Virus record (IMG/VR): IMGVR_UViG_3300046674_000532 | Reading direction: 5' to 3' (one strand) | Origin: a virus | Length of the DNA: 64,000 nucleotides | Part shown: one piece after another, positions 32,540 to 43,800 of the stretch | Position numbering within the stretch: position 1 is the first letter of the stretch | How the letters are laid out: each line of letters starts with the position of its first letter | Position numbers and translations under genes: made by a program | The notes under the pieces: model-generated | Seen by the model: only the letters and a program-made list of their open reading frames with translations | Told to the model about the DNA's origin: nothing | Databases searched by the model: none

Positions 32540-33763
32540 TCAGACGTTGGGTACGCGAAGGGCGTCCCACGACTTTTTGCCGGGGATGCCGTCGCACTCG
32601 GCATCCGTCCAGCCCAGGGCGTTGGCCTTGGAGAATTTTCGCTGCCACGCCGCGTAGGAACGGCGGTCGGAGTTCGTCCAGTTCGGGCCGGGGCCGGAGG
32701 CGTACCTGCCGCAGCCCTCGGCGACCAGGCGCCGGCCCATCGCGGTGACGATCGGCGAGTGGCGGCCGCCGTGGAAGAACGCGGCACCGGGGAACGGCTC
32801 GGTCGACGGCCTGGCAGGCTTCGTGGGTGTGGCCGGGGTGGTCGGCTTCGGCGCGGGAGCAGCAGCAGGCTTGCCGGGCACGATGGCGGTGTCGATCGCT
32901 CCGGGGTCCCAGTGGTCGTTTCCGGGGACCTGCGCGTGCGCGTAGTGCCCGCCTTCGTTCTGCCACGTGGTCCGCGACCGGGAGCCCTTCGCCGCGGCCG
33001 CAGCAGTGGCGGGCGGCTTTCCGGCGGGCCAGACGTCGGGAATGCCGTGCGCGCGCAGAGCGGCCTTCAGCTTCTGGAAGTTCGGCTTCTTCGTCTCGTC
33101 GAACCCGTTGGTCCATGGCGAGGCGGCGCGGCCGAGGACCTCGATCTGGACGTTCACCTTGCCCTCGCGGTTGGTGCGCCGGGTGCCGTCGTTCTTCAGG
33201 GCGCGCGCGGAGGCGGTGAGCGGGCCGAACTGGCCGATGAGGTCGGAGTCCGGGCAGTAGATGACCTGTGGTTCGGATGCGACGCGGATCAGGTAGGCGG
33301 CGACGGACGCGAAGTACGCGGCGCCGGCCGGGGACTCGGTGGTGTGCCAGGTTGCCCGGGGCGGGTTGCCGGGGTAGTCCATGGCGCCGCCGATGGCCTG
33401 GCTGCCGAACTTGGTGGCGCCGGAGATGTAGGCCGGGCCCGCCGTGGTACCGCGCGGCAGGTCCGCGCTCTCCTTGACGGCCCGCTTCTTCGCGGCGGGG
33501 TCCGGGTCGTACACCCGGTACTCGGGGGCGCCGACGGGGACGTACACGTCCAGGTTGTCGTCGTCGCGGAGCACCATGAAGGCGCCCTCGATGTGCGGGT
33601 GGTCCTTCACGAACTGCGGGGAGTCATCCAGCGCGGCGATCGCGCGGACTTCGTCGACGTGGGCCTGGTCGCAGGTGCCCAGGTAGACGGTCTCCGTGTG
33701 AAGTTCGGGGGTGTCCGGATCGGGGGAGGCGAGGGTGTCGACTGCGACGTGGTACTCGGTCAT
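32540..33763 (-). CDS. Endolysin: N-acetylmuramoyl-L-alanine amidase with a C-terminal wall-binding domain
   Basis: Amidase_2-type residues (WHTTESP, HYAHAQVPGNDHWDPG), a Pro/Ala/Thr linker, and a C-terminal ...WTDAECDGIPGKKSWDALRVP domain. ATG at 33763 overlaps the upstream stop. Confidence 0.8.
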   Translation of the reverse strand: MTEYHVAVDTLASPDPDTPELHTETVYLGTCDQAHVDEVRAIAALDDSPQFVKDHPHIEGAFMVLRDDDNLDVYVPVGAPEYRVYDPDPAAKKRAVKESADLPRGTTAGPAYISGATKFGSQAIGGAMDYPGNPPRATWHTTESPAGAAYFASVAAYLIRVASEPQVIYCPDSDLIGQFGPLTASARALKNDGTRRTNREGKVNVQIEVLGRAASPWTNGFDETKKPNFQKLKAALRAHGIPDVWPAGKPPATAAAAAKGSRSRTTWQNEGGHYAHAQVPGNDHWDPGAIDTAIVPGKPAAAPAPKPTTPATPTKPARPSTEPFPGAAFFHGGRHSPIVTAMGRRLVAEGCGRYASGPGPNWTNSDRRSYAAWQRKFSKANALGWTDAECDGIPGKKSWDALRVPNV

Positions 33764-34602
33764 CGGCTGGCGTCCAATCGGGGCTGGACGAGGTCGATCT
33801 CGTCCCGGAGGGCCTGGTAGAGGGCGAGGGACATGCGGAACTCGCCGGCGTCGCCCCAGGAGGCGGACCAGCTGTTGCGTACGCGCAGGACGGTCTGCTC
33901 GAGGACCAGGTGGCCGTCCGGGTCGGTGACGGCGGACTCGAGGGCGGTGATGCACACCTCGTGGCCGCCGGCGACGGGTGAGTCCTGCCAGCCGGGAATG
34001 TCGTCGAGGACGGCGTGGGCGCCGGACGGCTCGAAGAACGCCTGGTACCAGGGCATGCCCATCAGTACCGGTCCGGTCTGCAGGAGGGCGCAGAGTTCCG
34101 CGGCAGTGGTGGCGTGCCCGTACTGGTCGATGAGGCCACGCGAGCGCAGGGCTTTGGCGACGCCGAGGCCGGAGGAGCCGCAGTCGTCGGAGGGCCACTG
34201 CTGGTCCAGCCACTGGTCATGTCGGGTGGCGTCGGAGTACAGGCCGATCGCCCATTCCTCGGCGGCCAGCGGATCGGAGACGTCCAGGCCCTTCGCGGTC
34301 AGTGTCTCCGTGTCGTGGAGGACGGAGACCAGCGCGGTGGCGGCGTTGGCGGTGCAGGAGCCCAGAGCGTCGACGTCGGGTGCGCCGGGGGCCAGGAGGC
34401 TGGTGCGGATGCCCTGGCCGAGGAGGTCCTGCTGGTCCAGGACCGGAATCTTGGGCTGCCACGCGGTGGGATGCAGCGGTCCGCCGTCGTAGCGGCGCCG
34501 GTAGGCGAGGCTGCGCGGGTCCAGCACTAGGTGCCGGCCGAGCTGTCCGGTGACGTCGTACCGCTTGATGTCGAGGTCGGGCACCCGACCCTGCTCCTGC
34601 AC
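33760..34602 (-). CDS. Papain-like (C1-type) cysteine peptidase, second lysin component
   Basis: Catalytic-triad contexts LGSCTANAA (Cys), AGGHEVCI (His) and VRNSWSASWGDAGEF (Asn/Trp). GTG start. Confidence 0.7.
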   Translation of the reverse strand: MQEQGRVPDLDIKRYDVTGQLGRHLVLDPRSLAYRRRYDGGPLHPTAWQPKIPVLDQQDLLGQGIRTSLLAPGAPDVDALGSCTANAATALVSVLHDTETLTAKGLDVSDPLAAEEWAIGLYSDATRHDQWLDQQWPSDDCGSSGLGVAKALRSRGLIDQYGHATTAAELCALLQTGPVLMGMPWYQAFFEPSGAHAVLDDIPGWQDSPVAGGHEVCITALESAVTDPDGHLVLEQTVLRVRNSWSASWGDAGEFRMSLALYQALRDEIDLVQPRLDASR

Positions 34603-34729
34603 TCCCCGCGCCTGAGCTGCTGTGTGGCGGACCGCTGTGGTGCGGTCGTCCCTCGGGGTGTGGAGTGTGGGGCGGAGGGTCGCCCGGTGATCTCAGGCTA
34701 CGGCCTGACGGGGCGTGTGTTGCCCCGGC

Positions 34730-34954
34730 TCATTCGCCGAGCGGCGGGAGCGGGGTGACGGGGAAGATCTGCTCGTGCCGGGCTGCGGTGACGGACGCGA
34801 AGTCGGTGCCAGTCTGGATGAGCCATTCCTGGATGTGGTGGGCGAGGGCGACTTCGTCGACGCGCTGGTTGTCGGACTGCACGTGCACGGTGACGACGGT
34901 GGGGTTCTCGTCACCGTTGCTGGTGCAGGTGAGGACAGTGCTGGGGAAGTCCAT
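34730..34954 (-). CDS. Hypothetical protein (74 aa)
   Basis: ATG at 34954, 2 nt after the fibre gene stop (MDFPSTVLTCTSNGD...). Confidence 0.5.
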   Translation of the reverse strand: MDFPSTVLTCTSNGDENPTVVTVHVQSDNQRVDEVALAHHIQEWLIQTGTDFASVTAARHEQIFPVTPLPPLGE

Positions 34955-34956
34955 GA

Positions 34957-37875
34957 TCAGGCCACCCTTTCGAGTGTGAGGTAGGAGTCGAGGTAGAGAG
35001 TGGTGGCGGTTGCGTCGCTGGTTCCCTGGGCCCATTGGAGGGCGAACGTTCCAGCGGTGCCACCGACACGGACGGTTGCTTTGACCTGGACGCCGTATCC
35101 GTTGGCCGCGATGCCGCCGTAGGTGCGGGGGCTGGCCAGGTCGGTGGATTCGGTTCGGACGGCGTACCCCCAAGTGGAGGATGTGTCCTGCTGAGTTCCT
35201 CCGCCGCTTGTCCCGGAGATGACGGTGACGCCGTTTCCGAGGCCCTGCCAGGTGCCGTCCGTTCCGGACGGGAAGGTCCATCCCATCTTGAAGTCGCCGG
35301 GCCCAGAGTGCAGGAGGAGGCCTTCCACCGTGTACACGGCTCCCGCGTCCACGGCGAAGGTGATCTGGGTGTCGGTGGCCAGGGTGGTGTTGCTGGTCTT
35401 GGTCGCGTTGCTGGTGCGGTACTTGGTCTGGCGGCTTCCGATACCGGAGACGGTCAGGTTCCCGGCCACGGTGGCGTTGCCGTCCTTGTCGACCTTGAAC
35501 TTGTCGACGGAGTTGTACTGGGCGCGTACCAGGCTGGCGGTGTGCCCGGTCTCGGCATTGACGTAGAGGGCTGCGGATGAGGAGGCGGGTGCGAAGATCT
35601 CGAGTCGGGCTTTGTTGATCTGTCCGACTCCCTGCTGGAGCGTCAGGACGGCGTCCTGGGTGGAGTCGGCGGAGTTGCGGAATCCGATGCTTGCCGAGGT
35701 GCTGGAGAGGAAGATCCGTCCGCCGAGGTAGACCGAGGTGTCGGAGTCACGGACCCGTTCCGCGCACCAGAAGTCGGTGCCCAGGGCGCTGCCGAAGATG
35801 GTGCGCCACTTCATGTCGGAGAAGGCGCCCGCGGTGAAAAGGCCCGAGTTCATGCCGAGGACGGCGGCCGAGCCGGACACGTTGATGACGGCAGAGTTCG
35901 TACCTGCCGCGTTCGTCAGCCGCAGGTTCGGGAAGACGTCGTTCGGGTCGAGCCAGAGGATGGCGCCGTTGGTGCCTTTGACCAGCAGGCCGGAGGCGGA
36001 CAGTTCACCGATCGCGGTGCCGCTCGAGTCGTAGACGAGGACCTTGTTGGCGGAGGACTCGTTCAGGGTGATGCGCTGCCCGGAGGCGGCGGTCTGGATG
36101 AGGGCGCCGGTGATGGTGCCGCCCGTGATGGTCTTGCCCGTGATGGCGGTCGCCGACAGGGCGGTCGCGTCCACCGCCCCAGCCGTGATCTTCGCCGCCG
36201 TAATCGCACCATCGGCGATGTTGACGGTGTTGACCACACCGGTCGGCAGGGTCTCCACGGTGACCTGGTCGACCTGCATGACGCCGCCGGTGGCGCCCGT
36301 CAGGAGCCGGACGACCGGGCGGACGTAGCGGACGTTCGTGTGGACTTTGCCGGGTGATTTCGGGTCCGGGCTGGCCGCGGTGGTGCCGGTGGACGCTGTG
36401 CCCTGGACGTAGCCGGTAAACGTGGTCCAGGCGGTGCCGACGCTGACCGTGACAGCGTTCGCGGCAATGTAGTGCTGGCCGGTGACGACGGCGTTGGCGC
36501 CGGTGGAGGAGACGCGGGTGGTGCCGTCCGCAGCGATCCCGACCAGGCCCATGGACACGTTCGCGGTGCCCGCGGAGGGCGCGGTGGTGGTGCGGACGCG
36601 GGCGGTGACCCGGTACATCGTGTCTGGGTCGTAGGGCGTGTTGACGTTCCGTTCGAGGGTGACCGGCCCGGCAGCCTGGGCGACGGTGCCGCCGGCGGCC
36701 GCGTCGGAGACTGCGGTGAGCCAGGTCGGGGTGCCGGCGTCGGAGGTCTGCGTCCACAAGGTGGAGTCGCCCATGGCGTCGACCATTTTCGAGGCGATGG
36801 CCTGGGCGATGCCGACGGTCAGGGCGGTCGCGGTGACCGCTCCGGCCTGGATGTTGCCCGCGGCCACCGAGTTCACTGCGAGTTTCCCGGCCGTGACCGC
36901 GAGGGCGTTGAGCTCGCGCGCGGTGATGGCGTTCGCGTCCACCGTCCCGGCCTGGACCGCGTTCGCGGCGATGTTGCCCGCTTGCACGCTGTTCGCGGCC
37001 AGGTTCCCCGCCTGGACGGCCGCTGCCGCAATGTTCCCGGCCACCACGCTGCTGGCGTCGAGCTTGCCCGCGATGACGGCCCCGGCCGCAATCTTTGCCG
37101 CAGTCACGCAGGTCGCAGCCAACTCGTTCGCTGTGATAACGCTCGCGACCAGCTTTGGCGTGGTTATCGCGCCGTCGCTGATTTCGGTGTTCCCCACCGC
37201 TCCAGCCGCGATGGCTGCATTCGTGACGGCGTCCGCGGCGATGATGGCTGCCGTGACCGCCGCGTTGGCCAGGGCATCTGTGTCGATGGCCCCGGCCGCT
37301 ACCTTCGCGGAGGTGACCGCGTCGTCGGCGAGTTTGAGCGTGGTGACGATGCCGTCGAGGATGTCGTCCGCGACCACCGGTGTCGGGCCGAACGGCCCCA
37401 CCGTCACGGAGGGCGGGGAGGCGGCGCCGGAGGTGTTGCGGGCCAGGAGGCGGACGTAGACGGGGGTGTCGCAGGAGTGGACGACGGTGGCGCCTTGCGC
37501 GGTCTCGATCGTGGTGACGAGGGTGGCAGGGACCGGCGTGTAGACGGGGGTGATGGAGGCGTGGACTTCGACGCGCTGCCAGTCCATCGGAATGACCGTG
37601 CCGCCCGCGAACAGGCCGTCCCAGGAGACGGTGACTCCGCCGAGGACGGACGCGACGATCGGGTCGGACGGCTGGGGCGGGGGCGGCCCGTTGACCGCTT
37701 GGACGCCTACGGTGCCGTCGCCCTGGACGCCGAGGATCGCCCGGACCTGACCGGAGCCGCTGTTCACGGTGACGGCGGCGTTCTCGATGGACGCGCCGTG
37801 TGCGAGCCGCTGCCCTTTGCGGACCTGGGCCAGGGCCCGCTCGAGTGCGGCGACCTTCTCGGGGACGGTGGCCAT
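34957..37875 (-). CDS. Large tail fibre / receptor-binding protein (972 aa)
   Basis: Track ORF 34957..38625 trimmed to the ATG at 37875 (MATVPEKVAALERA...). A long run of short Ala-rich repeats (AANAVQAGNIAANSVQAGNLAA...) is followed by beta-rich C-terminal domains. Confidence 0.8.
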   Translation of the reverse strand: MATVPEKVAALERALAQVRKGQRLAHGASIENAAVTVNSGSGQVRAILGVQGDGTVGVQAVNGPPPPQPSDPIVASVLGGVTVSWDGLFAGGTVIPMDWQRVEVHASITPVYTPVPATLVTTIETAQGATVVHSCDTPVYVRLLARNTSGAASPPSVTVGPFGPTPVVADDILDGIVTTLKLADDAVTSAKVAAGAIDTDALANAAVTAAIIAADAVTNAAIAAGAVGNTEISDGAITTPKLVASVITANELAATCVTAAKIAAGAVIAGKLDASSVVAGNIAAAAVQAGNLAANSVQAGNIAANAVQAGTVDANAITARELNALAVTAGKLAVNSVAAGNIQAGAVTATALTVGIAQAIASKMVDAMGDSTLWTQTSDAGTPTWLTAVSDAAAGGTVAQAAGPVTLERNVNTPYDPDTMYRVTARVRTTTAPSAGTANVSMGLVGIAADGTTRVSSTGANAVVTGQHYIAANAVTVSVGTAWTTFTGYVQGTASTGTTAASPDPKSPGKVHTNVRYVRPVVRLLTGATGGVMQVDQVTVETLPTGVVNTVNIADGAITAAKITAGAVDATALSATAITGKTITGGTITGALIQTAASGQRITLNESSANKVLVYDSSGTAIGELSASGLLVKGTNGAILWLDPNDVFPNLRLTNAAGTNSAVINVSGSAAVLGMNSGLFTAGAFSDMKWRTIFGSALGTDFWCAERVRDSDTSVYLGGRIFLSSTSASIGFRNSADSTQDAVLTLQQGVGQINKARLEIFAPASSSAALYVNAETGHTASLVRAQYNSVDKFKVDKDGNATVAGNLTVSGIGSRQTKYRTSNATKTSNTTLATDTQITFAVDAGAVYTVEGLLLHSGPGDFKMGWTFPSGTDGTWQGLGNGVTVISGTSGGGTQQDTSSTWGYAVRTESTDLASPRTYGGIAANGYGVQVKATVRVGGTAGTFALQWAQGTSDATATTLYLDSYLTLERVA

Positions 37876-37877
37876 GG

Positions 37878-38975
37878 TCAGGAGTCCTCCGGCGATCCGT
37901 AGTGGAAGCTGTCGGCGCGCCGCAGCGTCAGGACGGCCTGGTCGGGGTTGTCGCCGGGCTGGTAGGAGTCGGCCGTGATGCGCGCCCATCCGGTGTACGA
38001 CGTCCACTCGTTGTGCACTGCTACCTGGACGTCGTCGCCGATCTGCCAGGACCCGAGGCGGGCGTTGGGGTGGTCGCGGACGGTGATCTGGTCGACCTGG
38101 CCCATGATCTGAAGCTTGCGGCGTTCGGCGGTCGCGCGGCGGCCGAGGACGTCGTTGCCGTTGACGGTGGGCAGGGCCAGCACGGTCTCCATGCGGAGGC
38201 GGCCGTCGCGGGCGGGGTCGACGGCGAAGCGGGTGGCGGTGCCTTCGCCGCTGCCGGTGGCGATGACGACGTTGGCGTAGTCGTCCCCGGACCGCTTGAC
38301 CGGCGGCGCGTTGATGATGTTCACGCCGGACCGGAAGCTGATGTCGGTGCGGCGGGCGCCCAGACGCGGGTAGCCGAGCGCGAGGCGCCGGCGGATGCTG
38401 CCGTTGGACTGGAAGGAGCAGAGGTTGGTGTACTGCGGGGCGCCGTCCTCGGACACCAGGTCGTCTACCAGCTCGCCCAGCACCGGGGTCTCGTACCAGT
38501 AGGAATGCCACGGCTCGGCCGGCGTCCCGGACTTCGCGCTGGACGTGGTGGAGTCGACGACGACGCCGAGGTTCCCGTCCGGCTGCTCCTGCGCGTACGC
38601 CCAGATGTCGCGGATGATGTCGCACGGGTCGGCGTACGTGTACGGACCGCGTCCGTTCAGTTCGCCGTGCTCGTCGTGCCGCTTGGTCAGGTACGACGAC
38701 CAGGACGCGGCCTCGAGCCGGTACTCACCGCCTTCGGCTTCCACGGACCAGACGAGGCCGCCCCAGCGCAGGAACCCGTCCGCTTCCGCGTAGATCAGGG
38801 CGACGGCCGGTTCGACCAGTGCAGCGTTCGCGGCGACCCAGTGCGGGGCGAGGGTGGCGGAGAAGCTGCCGGGGCCGTTGAGTTCGTTGCCGAACTCCAC
38901 CCCGGACAGCGGCAGTGCGGGGTGGAGGACGGCGCCAGTCAGCGCGTGCTGCGTGAAAAAGCGCCAGCGCCCCAT
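37878..38975 (-). CDS. Minor tail / baseplate-hub-like protein (365 aa)
   Basis: ATG at 38975 (MGRWRFFTQH...) overlaps the upstream stop. Position lies between Dit-like and fibre genes. Confidence 0.7.
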   Translation of the reverse strand: MGRWRFFTQHALTGAVLHPALPLSGVEFGNELNGPGSFSATLAPHWVAANAALVEPAVALIYAEADGFLRWGGLVWSVEAEGGEYRLEAASWSSYLTKRHDEHGELNGRGPYTYADPCDIIRDIWAYAQEQPDGNLGVVVDSTTSSAKSGTPAEPWHSYWYETPVLGELVDDLVSEDGAPQYTNLCSFQSNGSIRRRLALGYPRLGARRTDISFRSGVNIINAPPVKRSGDDYANVVIATGSGEGTATRFAVDPARDGRLRMETVLALPTVNGNDVLGRRATAERRKLQIMGQVDQITVRDHPNARLGSWQIGDDVQVAVHNEWTSYTGWARITADSYQPGDNPDQAVLTLRRADSFHYGSPEDS

Positions 38976-39928
38976 CAGATGGCGCCCTCGGTGAACTCCA
39001 CGTCGATGATGAAGCTGGTGGCGCCGTCCACGCCGATCTTCCCCGCGTTGGAGGACCGGGTCCGCATGCGGGCCTTGAAGGCCTGGTTGGTGCCGCGCAT
39101 CGCGGCGCCCGCAGTGGTGGTGAGGCTGATCGTCTCGGCCATCACCAGGGAGGGGACGCGGCGGGCGGCGGAGCCCTGGTTGTCGTCGATGGAGACCCAC
39201 TGGGCGGCCTCTTCGGTGCCCAGCATAAAACGGAAGCCGCCGAACACGTTGCCGTCGACCAGGCGTATGCCGCCGGCGGAGAAAACGACCTTTGCGGAGG
39301 CGGCCCAGGCGGGGATCGCGATGGTCGCCATGGTCAGGTTGGGGTGGGTCTTCCACGTCTCCGAGGTGCCGGAGATCTCCACCAGCGGGTCGGACGCGTA
39401 GTACGGGTACAGGATGCGTTCGCGGCGCGGGTTGGCGACCTTCCGCAGGTCCACGATCATCGCGGCGGTGATGGTCGCGGTCGAGGCCGGGATGTCGATG
39501 CGGGCCAGCGGGATCGCCGAGTACCCGGAGGGCACCGTCGTCGCGGACGAGCCGACGTTGGTGACGACCTGCCAGTAGACGATCGGGTCCTCGGCCGGGT
39601 CGCGGGTGCCCTCGTAATCGGGGTCTTCGACGCGCAGGATCAGCATGTCGGAGCGCGGTGACCCGCCGGTGGCGGAGATCGACACGGTGTCGGAGCCGAT
39701 GTTGTAGGCCGAGTAGTAGCCCTGGAACGTGTTCGCCTTCCCGGCGATGACGGCCGATCCGTCACTGATCTGGACGCCGGCGCCGGGCGTGGACAGGGCG
39801 GACACCTTCAGGTCCAGGCCGGTGGTGACGCCCTGGTTGTCCCGCGCCAGGTCTTTAATCATCATGCGGAACTGCTGGGCGGTGTGCTCGGCCCCGGTGG
39901 TTGCGATCGGGGTGCCGTTGAGCGCCAT
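38975..39928 (-). CDS. Minor tail protein (317 aa)
   Basis: Clean track ORF, beta-rich, within the tail module. Confidence 0.65.
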   Translation of the reverse strand: MALNGTPIATTGAEHTAQQFRMMIKDLARDNQGVTTGLDLKVSALSTPGAGVQISDGSAVIAGKANTFQGYYSAYNIGSDTVSISATGGSPRSDMLILRVEDPDYEGTRDPAEDPIVYWQVVTNVGSSATTVPSGYSAIPLARIDIPASTATITAAMIVDLRKVANPRRERILYPYYASDPLVEISGTSETWKTHPNLTMATIAIPAWAASAKVVFSAGGIRLVDGNVFGGFRFMLGTEEAAQWVSIDDNQGSAARRVPSLVMAETISLTTTAGAAMRGTNQAFKARMRTRSSNAGKIGVDGATSFIIDVEFTEGAI

Positions 39929-39938
39929 GACGGGCCTC

Positions 39939-40835
39939 CTACAGGGCCTTGTAGGCGGGCCACCAGGTGACGGCCAGCGTGGACGTGAGCGTGTTGTCGG
40001 TGGCGTTCCACCGAATCTCGTTGAGGCCCGGGGTGAGGACGAACTGGTCGATGCGGGAGACGGCGGTGAGGGGGGCGCCGCCGCCGTTCTCGCGCAGCAC
40101 GGTGCGCCAGCCGGGCCGGGTGTCGATCTGCACCCACTCCCCGGCGGCCAGCGTCGTCTGCACGGTCAGCGTCCGGCCGGAGCCGACGTGGGTGATGGAG
40201 GGGTTGGCGCACGGCCCGTTGACCCGCAGAACGGGTGCGGTGGCCTTGGTGCCGTCGACCTGGATGTAGCCGGGGCGGGCGATTGCGGATGCGGCTCCGG
40301 CGATCGTGAACGGGAACTGCAGGGGGAAGGTCATGCCGCCCTCGGTGAGGCTGCCGAGCGGCATGGACGTCGTCTCCGCCTGGTCGGCGTAGTAGAGGTG
40401 GTCCTGCGCCTGGAACTCGATGTCGAGCGGCGCGTAGCCGAAGATGACCTGTTCCAGGTTGGGTTCGAACTTTCGCAGGCGGCCGCGGACGACGCGGGTG
40501 GTACGGCCGGGGAACTTCAGCCGCAGGTCCATGGTCGTGCCGGCCTGCCCGCGGACGGCGTCGGTGTCGGCGAGGTCCTGGAGGTCGGCGGCGATGTCGA
40601 GGACGCCGGGCACGTCCTCGACGACCTTGACGGCGGCGTCGATGCGGATGAGGCGGCCGGCGTAGTAGTCGGTGCCCAGCCAGGTGCCGTCCTCCCCGGG
40701 CGGGTCCACGTCGGCGGTGCGCAGCGGGGGCTGGCCGAGGCCTTCGACGGTTTTGATGGGGATGCTGGTGCCGCGTCCGATGAGGACGCCGCCGAGTTCG
40801 TGCTGGAAGTCGCTCAGCTCGATGGGTGTGCTCAT
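39939..40835 (-). CDS. Distal tail protein (Dit)-like (298 aa)
   Basis: ATG at 40835 overlaps the tape-measure stop (ATGA). The size and the position directly after the tape-measure gene are typical for Dit. Confidence 0.65.
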   Translation of the reverse strand: MSTPIELSDFQHELGGVLIGRGTSIPIKTVEGLGQPPLRTADVDPPGEDGTWLGTDYYAGRLIRIDAAVKVVEDVPGVLDIAADLQDLADTDAVRGQAGTTMDLRLKFPGRTTRVVRGRLRKFEPNLEQVIFGYAPLDIEFQAQDHLYYADQAETTSMPLGSLTEGGMTFPLQFPFTIAGAASAIARPGYIQVDGTKATAPVLRVNGPCANPSITHVGSGRTLTVQTTLAAGEWVQIDTRPGWRTVLRENGGGAPLTAVSRIDQFVLTPGLNEIRWNATDNTLTSTLAVTWWPAYKAL

Positions 40836-43800
40836 CCGCGTGCCCCTACTCCGCCGCGGGCCAGGCGCCGCAGCTGGTAGCCCTGACGGCTGTCGATGTC
40901 GCGGGCCAGGTCGCGGTCGGACCGGCGGTCGCCGATGTGGTAGTGGTTCTCGCCGATCAGGGGGGCCTGCTGACGGATGATGATGATCTTTTCTTTGGTG
41001 GCGTCCCGCAGGCCCACGCCGAACCGTCCGGCGACGTCGGCCAGGACCGGCATCGCGGAGCTGCGCTTGTTCGCGCCGAGCGGGATGTACGCCTCGCCGC
41101 CGGTGGACGGCTCGGCGAAGGTGACGGCGCCGCCGCTGGTGGAGTAGATTCCGGAGCGGATCCCGCCGTCGGCGTACGCGAGGCCCTTGTTGGCCTTGCC
41201 CAGGTCGGACAGGAAGCGGGTGGCGCGGGTGCCGAGGCTCTTGCTGATCTGGCTCTTGGCCTTGTTGGCGACCGTGATGATCTCGTCTTCGCCCAGTGCG
41301 GTGGTCGCGGCGACGTCGTGCAGGCCGGTCTTGCTCGTCTTGATCGCGGCGATGATGGAGACCAGTTCGGACACCTCGTCGGCCGTCAGGGCCTTGTTCG
41401 CGGTCTTCGCTGCGTCGTTGGCCTTGGACGCCTTGCCCTTGTCCTTGACCGCGGCCGCGGCGAGGTCCTGCGCGGCCTGGTCGTTCTGGGCGGCCAACTG
41501 GGCGGCGAGGTCCCCGAAGCCTTCGGCGGCCAGCTTGGCCAGGTTGTCGCTGAACGTCTTGTTCAGCACGTTGGCCTTGCCCAACTGGCGGGTGTAGTCC
41601 TCGAGCGTGGCCTTGGCCGTCTTCTGCAGGTCCCGGAGCGCCTTGGACATGTCGTTGATGTACTTGGTGGAGCCGGTGGCCATTTTGTGGGCGAGTTTCA
41701 TGCCGTCCTCGCCCATCGCGGCGAGGGCGTCGGCGACGTCCCCGCCGGCCCGGCGGGCGACGGCCTCGAGGTCCTTGTTCCAGGCGGTGGTGGCCTTCGC
41801 GGCGGACTTCAGCTTCTTCTCCACCGCGCCGATGTCGAAGTACTCGACCTCTTTGGTCTTCCACTTGCCCTTGACCTTGACCTTGACCTTCTTGGTCTTG
41901 TGGCCTGCCTGCCCGGCGTCGGAGGCGGAGTAGAGGGACCCGCTGGTGGGGTCGTAGCGCCAGTCGGTGACGTTGCCGTCGGCGTTCCAGTTGATGCCGC
42001 CCGGGTTGCCGCCCAGACGGCGGACGATCTCTTCGGTGATGGCGCGGGAGCGGGGCCGCTTGGAGGCGGCGAACGGAACGTAGCCCTCGCCCTGCGTCTC
42101 GGGCTCACCCCACACCCGCCACGATCCGCCGGGGGCGATCTGCGCGACGTGGTTCTCGGCGCCGCCAGCGAAGCGCTGTACGCCGCCGCGCTGGATGCCG
42201 CCGTTGGCGTAGTGGTCGACGATGCCGCCGTTGGAGTATCCGGCAAGGTTCTTGTTGGTTCGCGCGACGGTCGCTTCGACGTTGATGGTGTGCCGGACGG
42301 TGGTGAGCGTGACGGTTTTGCTGCGGATCCTGTCGATCGCGGCCTGGATGGCGCGGGCGGTCGCGCTGGCCCGGTCGATGACGCCTACGGGGACGTTCTT
42401 GCCCTTGACGCTGGACAGTTTCGCGATGAGCAGGTCGAGGTCGGCGCGAGCTCCCTGCGTCGGTGCGGTGATCTTGTATTCGCGGGTGCCGGGGATCAGC
42501 TTGATTTTGTAGCCGAGGTCCTCTAGTTCCCTCTTCGCGTCCTCGCCCAGAGCGTCAATCTTGATGGTCTTCTTGGTGGGCTGCGCTTTGAACTGGGCCT
42601 GCACCGCCATCAGTTCGGCGAGGGTGGAGTCGACGCCGTGGGTGGACAGCAGGATGGACACCTGTCCGGGGATCAGCCCCATGGAGTCGGCGACCCTCCC
42701 GGCCTGCGTCGCGGTCAGCCCGTACCCGCCCATCAGGTCGATGGCGGCCTTGCGGGACTTCTCCATCTCCGCGCGCGCGGCCGCCATCGACTCGGGCAGT
42801 CCCTTGCCCTGCGAGTCGGCAAAGTCGTAGGCGGCCACCGCCGCGGAGGCACTTCCGTCGGCGACGGTGTTGAGGGTGTTGAAGAGGTCCTGGCCGTTCT
42901 TGGTGGTGGTGTCGAGCTGCCCGTTGGTCTTCACCAGGGCTTTGCCGTAGCCGGCCGTGTGGTCGATGCCGTTCTTCATCGCCTCGTTGGCGTTGGAGAT
43001 GGCCTCGTTCACCCGGGCCTGCGCGGCCTGCAGGGAGACGCTGCCGCCGGACAGCAGGTCCAGGGCTTCGCGCAGGGCGCGGGTACGGGTGTCGGCGTCG
43101 CCGGTCCTGTCGGCCAGCGCGCCGACGGCGGTCTTGAGCCGGTCGTAGGCGGTGACGCCGTTGCTGGCCCCGTTGACGCCTTCGTTGTAGTCGCGGGCGT
43201 CTGCGGCGGCTTTCTTGAAGTCACCGGACAGGCCGGACAGCCCTTGGCGCAGGTCGTCTGCTGCCTGGCCCTGTTTGTTGAGGGCATCGCCGCCGACACC
43301 GGACTCGGGGTCCAGAACCCAGTGGTGGTTCGCTGCGGCGACATCCTCGAGGTGTTTTTGCAGCTTGCCCAGGCTGGTGCCCTGGTTGGTGTAGGCGTCG
43401 ACCAGTTCGGACATCGGGACTTTCGCGGTCCGCGCGAGGTCGACGAGGCGCTGCTGTCCGTCCAGCGTTGTTTTGATCTTCTGCTGCATCAGGTTCTCGG
43501 TGGCGATGGAGCGCACCGATTCGTTCACGACGCCGTTGGAGTCGCGTAGTGCCTGGGACAGGCTGCTGATCTGCTGCTGGTGCTCGGCGGCTGCCTGGGC
43601 GGCCTGCTGCTGCTTGGTGGCGAGGAAGCCGAGTCCGATGGTGGCGGCGGTGATGGCCAGGCCCCACGGTCCGCCGAGGGCGCCCATGAGGCCGCTGCCG
43701 AGTCCGCGGGCGGCGGTCCCGGCGGCTGCGCCGATCCCGCGCAGGGTGCCGGTGAAGCCGGTTCCGGCGGCTGCGGCGGTACGGAACGAGGCCCCCATCC